Shown: positions 51,801-61,900 of the stretch, piece after piece | Position numbering within the stretch: position 1 is the first letter of the stretch | Layout: each line of letters begins with the position of its first letter | Source: Phoronis australis | Lineage: Eukaryota > Animalia > Phoronida | Reading direction: 5' to 3' | Assembly: GCA_002633005.1 (NCBI GenBank) | Contig: NMRA01000553.1 | Coordinates: forward strand, 62,161 to 126,160 | DNA length: 64,000 nucleotides | Notes under the pieces: generated by a model | What the model was told of the DNA's origin: nothing | The model's database searches: none | Seen by the model: only the letters and a program-made list of their open reading frames with translations | Program-made: the position numbers and the translations under genes

Positions 51801-54800
51801 ATGACATTGATCATTTTCATTGACGCTGGTAAATGGCAGGCGAACAATTTTCAGTTAGACTGGAACCCACTACTAAATATTCGTTTGAGAGTACGAATGA
51901 GCTGTGTTGTTTGGTATCTTTGTGGTAACTTTGATATTGCTGTCTAATTGGGAAGGTAAGCGTAGTTTCACTAGTAAACCGAAGTTCCCCTTTTGGGAAA
52001 GTGACCTTAAGGTTCTGGATTTGAATATTCAATAATCAAAGTTCCTCGACATTTATGACTGGCTTCTTTGTATTGAGGAGTAGAGGTGGGGCAATGTAAA
52101 AATATTTACAGGCAGCGCAGGGCATTTAATACTGCTGTTTATAAAAACTGAACCCGCCATTAAAAATGAACCTCTCCAGTCTGAATGACCAATTGCCCTT
52201 AACCCCAACAGAGTGAAAGAGAATTGAGTCCTACATTGTAAGTGCTACTCCTTTGTTGTTCAATAGCTCCAGTTCTTTAGGCTTGCAGAGTCATAACAAT
52301 AGACTGGCTAGGCTTGTGTACCTAAACCCACAGCAGAATACTTCCTTGACAACTATTAATCCCCCAGAGAATCCTTTTCCTGTTGAATAGGAGAGCACAT
52401 AATGGTAGTAGAGAAGTAAGCTGTCTGTAAATAACTTATTTACAGACAAGAAGGAACAGATGAAAGCTTCTCAATGTCCAATGGAGTGAACAATAATATG
52501 GTTGCCCCTCTATTTCCATCATGAAATGATTTATTTGCATAGTCTGTTGCAATATTTACCGACAGTTCTGTATTTTCGACGGTCGCCGCTGATCAGGGTA
52601 GAGCTCAATAATGCTACTATCTTGTTAGAAAATCAAGATCCTGAGAGATACCGCTGTGTATTTTCATTGAAAGCATGTGATTTTGGCTAGATTTTTCTTG
52701 CTGCGAGACAGCCATTTGACCTCTATTCAGGTACACCATTTTTTAATTGATATGCCACTGAAAGTTACATCAACATATGTTTTATTTGGAACCTGCTGGG
52801 TGTTTATTGGCTGAAACAGTTAAACGGAAATAAATTTGCATATGACCTTGGGTTAATGGGATCCGATGCACAAGGACACATAAAGGAGGATTATATGTTT
52901 TGGATTTTTGAGTGGTGTTACTTAACTGCAGATTTCTATTATTTTGGACTGAGAATATTTGTGAAGGTCTAGTCAATGAAACAACCGTTGTTTCTTTCTT
53001 AATATTCAGACCTGTTGCGTAACAACTGTGAAGGTCTCACATTCCACATTTCTTTGGAAACCACTGTTCGACAAGTCCTTGAGCAAAGCCAACAAACGTG
53101 GGTAACACTGGTGTCTGACTTAATTGCGGGTTTGTGAAGCTGTTCACCTGTACGTTTTGTTGACTAGTACTGTGAGTTTTGTTCACATGTTGATTCGCTT
53201 TTGATCAGGTCTGTTCTTCATCATTCCCTGCATGGACAACTACATTAAGATAGATTTGAGAACAGTCTCATTTGACGTGCCACCGCAGGAGGTAAGTTGA
53301 TGTTTTACATATCCACGACACGGATCTCTGTCATCAAAATGATCTAATCAACATTATTTCTTTATAGTTGGACATTTGTACTTTGTACTGAAAATCAAGA
53401 AATTTAATTATTAATGACATTCTAAGTATGAACTCAAGATCAAGGTCCAATATTTTTTGCTCGAGTACATCATGGTGTATTTAAGTAAGTGTCCAAGTGT
53501 GCACTTGGTGACCCCTTAAGTTTTATTTAACTCAGAATCTCTACTTAAAACTCAAGATTTTGAGTTCAGACTTGAACTTATAGGTTCAATGTTGGGAACA
53601 TTGAGTGTAAATGAGGATTAGACGGTTGAGCATATAAACCCCCATGGGGTCACTCATATAAATAAGGTGCCCGCAGGTGTGTACCAAAAATTGATGAGAA
53701 ACCCCCTGTTGGGGGTGCCAGGTCTGCCTCACCCTCTTTTGTGGGGCTGAGGCCAATGCAGTGGGCCTTTTGCAGGGACAAAATGGAAATTTAGGGGCCA
53801 ATTGGACCCCGCGCGGATCCCGCAAAACTTGCTGAAAAAGTACCGCCTAACCACAATTTTTGGTACATGCCTGTGCACACCTTGTCAATGTGGGTGATCC
53901 CCCAGGCATGAACCATGATGTACTTGAGGACAGAACAATAGACACTTAATTAAAGATTGAGCAAAACTATAATGTTAAGTGTCGAGCATAGTGTTGATTT
54001 TAACTTTAGGTAGATTAGACCCTGGGCTTGAAAATTTGTTGCTTAATGCTGAATGTGGTAATTGGTTGAAAGTGAACATCACTTGATATGTCAAAAATGG
54101 TCTGGTTGTCGGCCAAAAGGAGAATGGCTGATTCCATAAGTGAACACTAGGTGTAGCTACTAGTGACCTCGTAGTGGCTTTAAATGCAGCACTGTGTCTG
54201 CTGTGAGCCATACAGGATCTCCCTAGCTAATACAGTACAAGCCAAAAGTATTCAGACAAAATCGGGAGGATTTTCCTGTCATGATGACTGGGCAGAAGCT
54301 GAATTTGTCAGACAAGTCTTCCCTTAAGACGGAGAATGAAAAGAAATTAACAGGAATGTTAGTTAGGTGGCTAAGCTATTTTGTAATTAGAATTTTGTCG
54401 TCTCGATAGTTGCTATCAGTCATTTTTGCTGGTAACCAAATTAAGCATCATAAGGGGTATTTTGTCTGATTACATTTTAGGTACTGAACATTTAATCTGT
54501 GTAACTTACGAGATAGTTTACACTTGATCCCATAGAAACACTTCGGAATACTAGTTTTCCTCTGCAGATCCTAACTAAGGACTCTGTCACGGTTGCTGTC
54601 GATGCAGTGGTCTACTACCGTATCAGTAACCCGACCGTGTCTGTGACCAACGTGGAGAATGCTAACAGGTCCACGCAGTTATTGGCGGCCACGACCCTAC
54701 GGAACATACTGGGTACAAGGATTTTGTCCGAGATCCTGACTGACCGAGAGAACATCTCCCACCAGATGGAGACATTGCTGGACGAAGCGACTGACCCATG

Positions 54801-55760
54801 GGGTGTCAAGGTAGAGAGGGTTGAAATGTAAGTCGATTGATAACGCTGCTGGAATTGTTCACTTTTGTGGCTTTAAAATTATGACTCATTGTAGTGGACT
54901 TCACCCATAGTTACACATTTAATAGTAGAGTGAAGGTTGATGCCACTGACTCTGTTAGAATGTGAATAATGACTAGTTTTGTGGGTGAGACTGTGAGACT
55001 GCTGGGAATCTTGGTACTAGTATCAAGCAACATTTGAGTACACCTACCGGCTCTGGGTCAACGCTTAATGAACACTGTTGTCAGAATTTACAATGTCTTG
55101 TCTGACAATGTTACTGTTTTAGTGAGAGAACAAAAAGCAGATTAAGATACATAAAGCATTGAAAATCCGCTGGCACGCGCCATTTCTTAACAAAGACTCG
55201 GGCTATGATCTTCCCATCGTCTACCAGAACCTTTTCCCAACGATCGGACAGAGTTCTCATCGCATGACTCATAACAATTATGACGTAACAGACACAGGCG
55301 CGGCTCCATTTACCCGCCATTTCACCCAACGAATGTCTCAAGATGAGACCGAAAGCTGCGGGTCTCTATGTAAATTTTAAGACTCCGAAAGGTAACTTGT
55401 CTTTATTTACACATTTCATCTTAACATTAACCTTCTGTGGTAATAGTTACCATGATTTAACATTTTGTTCACAGTAAAGATGTCCGCCTGCCTGTCCAAC
55501 TGCAGAGAGCTATGGCCGCCGAGGCTGAAGCTGCCCGCGAAGCCCGTGCCAAGGTCATCGCTGCAGAGGGTGAACAAAAGGCATCACGTGCCCTGAAAGA
55601 GGCAGCAGACGTCATTAATGAGTCACCATCTGCCCTCCAACTGAGATACCTGCAGACGCTGAATTCTATCTCCGCGGAGAAGAACTCCACCATTATTTTC
55701 CCGCTGCCCATTGAGTTGATGAACAGCATTATCAATAGAGGTCAAAGTTCATCGATGTAA
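42822..55760 (+). CDS. STOM: Stomatin / band 7 / MEC-2-like protein, paralog C; join(42822..42873,48551..48654,49990..50062,53209..53291,54568..54827,55475..55760), ~285 aa
   Basis: Same exon sizes and phases as A and B, GT-AG introns, 858 nt ending in TAA. Exon 1 is inferred from phase and similarity to B exon 1. Family-level symbol. Confidence 0.9.
46662..46908. repeat. Diverged local tandem duplication (~140 + ~108 bp)
   Basis: tcgccaaac(ac)aatctgaagttgcattg...gaagagcatt occurs twice. Confidence 0.8.
48352..48528 (+). pseudogene. Two degenerate copies of the exon-2 acceptor and 5' end, upstream of stomatin C exon 2
   Basis: aag|ttccaccatcttcaggcata (48352) and tttcag|ctaaatggtcttcagggataag (48470) versus the true tttccag|atccatcatcttcaggcatagg. 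Both reach an in-frame TAA. Confidence 0.55.
48551..48654 (+). CDS. STOM: Stomatin C exon 2
   Basis: tctttccag| ... AAG|gtgagt; 104 bp; [34 protein letters not shown]. Confidence 0.95.
49990..50062 (+). CDS. STOM: Stomatin C exon 3
   Basis: ttggtag| ... G|gtaagt; 73 bp; [24 protein letters not shown]. Confidence 0.96.
50829..52008. mobile_element. ~1.2-kb foldback element with ~420-460-bp imperfect inverted arms (Kolobok-like ends)
   Basis: 50829-51251 is the diverged reverse complement of 51551-52008 (e.g. cattcgtactctc/gagagtacgaatg, ttaaatcctactatttt/aaaatagtaggatttaa). Ends aggtactttccc / gggaaagtgacc-ttaa. Confidence 0.8.
53209..53291 (+). CDS. STOM: Stomatin C exon 4
   Basis: ttgatcag| ... 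GAG|gtaagt; 83 bp; [27 protein letters not shown]. Confidence 0.95.
53641..53907. mobile_element. MITE with ~50-bp TIRs
   Basis: ggggtcactcat...aaggtgcccgcaggtgtgtaccaaaaattg pairs with caatttttggtacatgcctgtgcacacctt...atgtgggtgatcccc. Confidence 0.7.
54568..54827 (+). CDS. STOM: Stomatin C exon 5
   Basis: tctgcag| ... AT|gtaagt; 260 bp; [23 protein letters not shown]...[11 protein letters not shown]. Confidence 0.96.
55475..55760 (+). CDS. STOM: Stomatin C exon 6
   Basis: gttcacag|; [20 protein letters not shown]...[27 protein letters not shown]. Confidence 0.96.
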
Positions 55761-56686
55761 TCAGACGCACTGTTTACTTATGTCTACTGTGTTCCCATTC
55801 TGATTGACTGAAGTTTGGGTCTTGTTACAATTTTTGATTCATTGATAAGGGTGAAAACTGAAGGGTAAAGAACATAGATACTCATTTTGTCTTGTTTCGT
55901 ATTTTACCTCCATCGAATTATTGCTTAAAGCTAATAAGGGAAACTAAACATTGCACGTTTACAGTCAACACAATTGCATAATTGATATTGATGCGTTTCT
56001 GGAAATACATGTAAAGTTGATGAAGATTGAATGTACTAATTTATGCAGATTGATTATTTTATCTTATTTCTGTAGAAAATTTATTTTATTCTACTAACCA
56101 GTGATAAGGAATTGGAAAGAAAACGCATTTCTTATATTATGGTGAGGATTGGGTGTACCCATTGTAGTTCTGTAATGTAAATTAGGTTTATTGCCTAGTG
56201 TATGTCTGTCAAATTTACCTTGTAAGCAGTTTACTGTAGTTTCGTGTTTTAGTGAAAACTGTCAGCTTTTTAAAAAGATTGTCCACTTTCCTTCCTGTAC
56301 CAGTTTCCCAGAATGCATCACTCACTGGTTTGTGCTGGCCGGCAGCAGAGGGGTTGTGGGGATTCAATTCAACAGCCTGGGAGACAGGGTCCAGGTTAAG
56401 GCTAAATAGTCTCAGGAAACTGTAATCTATCATAATTTCTGGGGAGACTTTTTGTCTGCGAGATCACAAATTCAGGACAGTTTTGGCATCCGACAGGCGA
56501 CTTGTTTTTAAAGTGAGTTGGGAATGGTCAGTTGCTAGTTTACCAACTTCAGTCCGATATCTCCTTGGAGTACCTAGCTTCCAGCTTGTAGTCGTCGTAT
56601 TTGACTTGTGCTTGATTTTTCAACATATTTATATTTCTATTTCTATTTTAATAATTACTACACCTGTGTAATTTACGTGAAATGGA

Positions 56687-56692
56687 AATAAA
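56687..56692 (+). terminator. Candidate polyadenylation signal of stomatin C
   Basis: AATAAA ~0.9 kb after the stop, with T-rich sequence upstream. Confidence 0.5.
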
Positions 56693-57703
56693 GTGATGCG
56701 TAATCAAAAACTATTTTTGACTAACTAAAAATTTTAAGTTCTCTCTAGTACTGAAGACATGAAAGTGACTACGTGTTAAGTTAAACCCCGTTGATTTGTT
56801 TTCTGGCTGTTGTCAGCTCACCAGCAACACATTCTATAAAACAGACAACCTGGTAGATTTGTTCCCTGTATTGTCACGACGTGTCTCTGTGGCAACGGAC
56901 ACTCCCGGATTGTTTGGAGCTTAGTCAGTATTGTTCAGTGTTAGTGTCCTGGGGTGGTGACAGTAAGAGCTGGGAGACTGTGGGATCCTTCAATAGTATG
57001 TTTCATGTGCTTGTCAGTTTATGAAGCACTAAGTTCAAGGGTGTCGCATGGAAAAGTGATTTGAAAATCAAGTCAGGAATTCGGTCTTTAGTTCTGCACC
57101 ATTTGTGAAGAATAATTAATTTTCTTTTGTGCAAAAATAGGAAGCAAGTTTCTGGGAACATACTCGTATTTTCTAGTTACTGAGGTAATTCAATTCATTT
57201 TTTCTATGTTTTTATGTTCGAATACTCGCGTGGCTAAACTTTTATTCAGTAATTGTGAAGGGGGAATGTAACACCAAATTTGTGCAAGTCTGGAGTCACT
57301 TGTAGCGATTGTCACAGCATTCTCCACATACATTGGACATTGTTCATATTATGTCTTGCTAATCCACAACGTTGTTGCTGGCAAGCCTTGGTCTGAAGTT
57401 AGTGACATGTCAAATTAAGTAGTACTTATAGTCTAGGTAATAAGTCACTACATAAAAAACTATTTTTTTTGGTGAACAGAATGCAGGTGTGCGGTTTCTA
57501 TTTTTTGCAGCCTAAACCGGATTCAGTGGCATGCCATAACCAAATATTCTTCCTACTTAATGAGGGTTTTTGCACAAAACTGTGAATTACTAAATGCCTT
57601 TTCAGCAGGCTTTAATTATGCAGAGGCACAGGATATGGTTGAATGTCTTGGAGTTGGTGGGTATATACCGATATGATACAAATCCTTGAACATGGGATCG
57701 ACA

Positions 57704-57709
57704 TTTATT
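57704..57709 (-). terminator. Candidate polyadenylation signal of alpha-spectrin
   Basis: TTTATT on + (AATAAA on -) ~1.1 kb downstream of the TGA. Confidence 0.5.
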
Positions 57710-58091
57710 GAAATTTCAACAAGAAATATATGTACAATGTTGCCGGCATCGGGGTCTGTCGTATGTCCCAAAGGGTATGTTGTAACTTGGTAACACATAT
57801 CTCTTACCAGTCATGCTCAATAACATATACTTAAAGTTAAAATTCCAAAATCAAAGCAAGTACAAGCAAGTGTAACACAGGAAAATTAGACTTAAGTGCA
57901 ATACTTAGAGGAAAAACCAAATCAAGAAACATCTACTTTCAAATGGACAAGTTGGACCACATACTTAGATTCTTATCAACAAAATATGATTAAAACGGCC
58001 AAATTCCAATCACATTAAGTTTAATTAGAGAAAATGGAAATGCCAGTAATCTCCCTGGCGATTTACAACATTTCAAAAATTTGTCCAGAAA

Positions 58092-58410
58092 AATGATCCA
58101 CAGGACAGCCACGACCATAGATCAATTATCTGGCAAATACTAAAAGACGTGAACACTAGCCAGTACATATGCATAACTAAAAAACCACTCAAGGGCATTT
58201 CTACGTTGATTTGTTCACATTTCTGACCCATAGGACAGCCACGACTACAGGCCAATTATGTGTTAAATAATAAATGCATATGAACTCGCACTGATGTGTG
58301 TAGATTGAACAACTTCAAAAAGTCATTAATAATCTGCAGACATATGACCCACGGGACAGCCACGACCATGGCTCAATTATCACGCAAATATTAAATGCAT
58401 GTGAACGTGG
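58092..58410. repeat. Three diverged ~125-bp repeats in the presumed alpha-spectrin 3' UTR
   Basis: Invariant GGACAGCCACGAC at 58103, 58233 and 58354, each followed by caattat and tgaac. Confidence 0.8.
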
Positions 58411-58793
58411 TCTTGTACATTTCAATGCAGAGCATCTTCCATGGTTACTACTGTTTTAATACGACATATCTAAAATTTATATACCTTATACCTAAACTGG
58501 GAAAAGTAATTAATGTACTATGGCAATCGAGCACGATATAAATGTAGAGACTTAGTCTATATGTTGAAAATTGACTTGCAATCACCCTAACATGTGCAAA
58601 CAGATCGAGTTTAAAAACTCAGATAAGAAAAGCAAGATTATAAGACAGAATTTTGAAACCACCAATAGTAAATGCAAAATTCTAGCACACAACGATAAAT
58701 TTTACGTAGGTAGCCCATCCATTAAACTTCACTGAAAGCGAACACTATATATTGACTACTGCAATATGCGGAACACTATGTTTGCTAAAAGCA

Positions 58794-58919
58794 TCAATTT
58801 TGAAACAGCGATCTTGTAAAGTCCGAGTAATCGAAAGCGTCGGGTATCTCTCGTCCCTTATCATCGACGTAGGGCTTCATATGGGATAGACAGTACTCGG
58901 CCTGGTCTCTCGTGAGATT
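58794..58919 (-). CDS. SPTAN1: Alpha-spectrin terminal coding exon
   Basis: ttttcag| [44 protein letters not shown]; too short for the ORF track. Confidence 0.96.
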   Translation of the reverse strand, partial: NLTRDQAEYCLSHMKPYVDDKGREIPDAFDYSDFTRSLFQN

Positions 58920-61900
58920 CTGAAAATACAAAGGAAAATATAAATTGTCAAGCCAAGTTGCTGTTCAACTCCACCGCGCAGGCTGGTCACGGTAACCTGT
59001 GCATTGAGGACTAACCCAGGGGTCTTCCTTTGACAAGTGATTTTATATGCCAGACAGAAATAAGGTCTTGTGCTCCACACAAGTATTTATAAAAAATAAA
59101 TCTCACTTGAGCATAAGTGGAAAAATGCTGACAGTAAACATATATCTACTACAATAATGTCTATAAATTATCAACAGACAATCATGTACTCTTAATTACT
59201 TGGCTAAACATTTTAATGGTGAAGTGCAAGCGTAAGACCTAATTCCTGTCTAAAGTCTCAAGTCAATTTTCACAACACAGGCCCCAGAAGACTTGGATAA
59301 CAAAGAGAACGTATTAAAAAATAAGAGCACAGCCCCAGAAATTGCTTTCGCACTATATCCAGGTTCTCATTCGCTCCCTCGCACACATTCACTAGCAAGA
59401 CCAATCTCAGAGGAATTTATGCAGAGCTCGATTGTCAGCCAGTGAGGTCAGGATTTGAACCCGGGTCTCCCAAACGAGGGTTCGAAGCTCTAACCACTGA
59501 GCCACGCTGTCTCCTCAGAGAATGTAAACACAGGTGCTAGACACTCAACCATGGACTGTGACACACCCTTACAATTTCCTTAACAACAACTTCAACAGCC
59601 ATTAATGACCAATCACATGTGACACGAGCAGGGGGGGATAAATAACCTGGTGGTACACTTTTCAAAACGAGAACAACTGAAACGAGTGACTGAATTACAA
59701 ACTAGCTCAACATCAAATTGAATACTCAATTAACGAGGTGTCACTATACTTCCTGGTATTTCACTGTTTTCATTTTCATTTCCACGCTATCATCTTCACT
59801 TTCCAAGGGTCATTTTTACCACAAGAAAATCAGACGACCAGTAATGTTTGCTTATGATTGTAACTGAATGCATGAAATGAGGGAATTTTATTTACCTTGT
59901 GAAATATGCAAAGGTTTTTTCTTTCAGTTATCCACGATTTTTCCATGCACGAAAACTATCTTATCATTCTTTTTAAATTTTCCCTAGTGAGTGTGAATCA
60001 TGGTGTAATGGCCAAACTAACCACATACAGGGTAAAAATTAACATAATTTATACCACAACCATACACTTGTTACAAGTTTTTAAATTTTTGACATAAATC
60101 CAAGAACTTTTCCTCAGGTATTAAAGAAACTAAATACAAACAACTACAAGTTTTTGTGCACTTAAAATTGCAAAGCCTAAAAGTTTGGCAAAAACGTGGG
60201 CATTCTGTCTTTCCCTTGCACAACCCTGAGTCACCCCCCCCCCTCCCCGACACTTACGGCGAAGAGCTCTTGCGAAGTGATGTAACTCTTCATGCCGTCC
60301 GAGGTGAGTGCGCGGAACGCTTGCTCCACGTCGGCGCTCGACTGCACGTTCTCCGTCTCACGGCTGATCATGAACGCCATGTACTCTTGTAGTGAGACGT
60401 AGCCGTCCCTGTAACAAGGTAATAACAAGGTTAGTCAAGAAATCAGGATGTTTCTGTTTCGGTTTCTTGCAAGTTGAAGAAGAAAAAAACATTGTGCGGA
60501 CATTACATGTTATATTCAAACGATTTTATAATTGAAGCCTTACACCTGATTAGCTGAAACAAATTTTAAAAAAATTCAGAAACTTCGTGACAGTTAAACT
60601 AGGTAATTACGGTTCGACTGGTCACTTGGCAGATTTGATGCACCAGGTATGTGTTCTGTAACCTTAGTCACTTACAAGACACACAGCAAGAAATTTTGGT
60701 TGAAGGAATTGGGGTATTGAATTTTCTTCCGTACTTCAAAAGTACGGACTAGAAGTCCAATCAATTCAGTGGTAGCCATTTTTCTAACGTACATTAGTGA
60801 GGTCGGGAAATGGTCCAGTTTTGCAATTGTGAACCCGTAAGAAACTAATCATAGAGAGCACAAGTCCCGGTCAACTAGAACTGAAAGGGAATTATTCGTC
60901 AAATAATCTATACGTCCCTGCCAAAGACAACTGCAGCAAAAGAGACATACAAAACCAGGCTACCCGAACAACACAGTTCACGCACTATGAACACAGTTCC
61001 AAATTCAAGAACATGACTCACGGGCCTGGCTTGTAAATTCACTTCGCCGACTCGGATCTGTCATCGATTGGACAACATTGCTGGAATGATGAATTGTGGG
61101 GCAAAATAATTTGAAAAGTCCTAGAATATTCACTATTCCAATTGTGTAGGGCAAGGTTTCTCGCCACATCACGCGACCAGCGTAACTCTCACCAACATTC
61201 ATAAAGACACGTGACAGCACTTTACCTGTTGGGGTCAACAGAGTCGAGTATGGCCTGGAACTCAGGGTCCACCTGTCCCTCCTCCACCATGGGCAGGTCG
61301 TAGCCCAGGGCACGCAGGCATGACTTGAACTCTTGATGGTCCAGCTTGCCAGACTTATCCTTGTCGAAATGTCTGCAAGAGAAGATAACATGTGCTGAAG
61401 GGGTGTTGACTGGCAGTAAGACTGTGTAATGGGCATGANNNNNNNNNNNNNNNNNNNNNNNNNNNNNNNNNNNNNNNNNNNNNNNNNNNNNNNNNNNNNN
61501 NNNNNNNNNNNNNNNNNNNNNNNNNNNNNNNNNNNNNNNNNNNNNNNNNNNNNNNNNNNNNNNNNNNNNNNNNNNNNNNNNNNNNNNNNNNNNNNNNNNN
61601 NNNNNNNNNNNNNNNNNNNNNNNNNNNNNNNNNNNNNNNNNNNNNNNNNNNNNNNNNNNNNNNNNNNNNNNNNNNNNNNNNNNNNNNNNNNNNNNNNNNN
61701 NNNNNNNNNNNNNNNNNNNNNNNNNNNNNNNNNNNNNNNNNNNNNNNNNNNNNNNNNNNNNNNNNNNNTTTCACTGTTTTCATTTTCATTTCCACGCTAT
61801 CATCTTCACTTTCCAAGGGTCATTTTTACCACAAGAAAATCACACAACCAGTAATGTTTGCTTATGATTGTAACTGAATGCATGAAATGAGGGAATTTTA

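Noticed and set aside
58794-58796. Stop-codon readthrough or selenocysteine at the spectrin TGA
   Set aside because: The stop coincides with the usual alpha-spectrin C-terminus, and I saw no readthrough context or SECIS-like element.
59440-59516. Possible tRNA gene (also 30618-30690)
   Set aside because: A and B boxes are present, but there is no paired acceptor stem and both continue into a non-tRNA body; SINE heads fit better.
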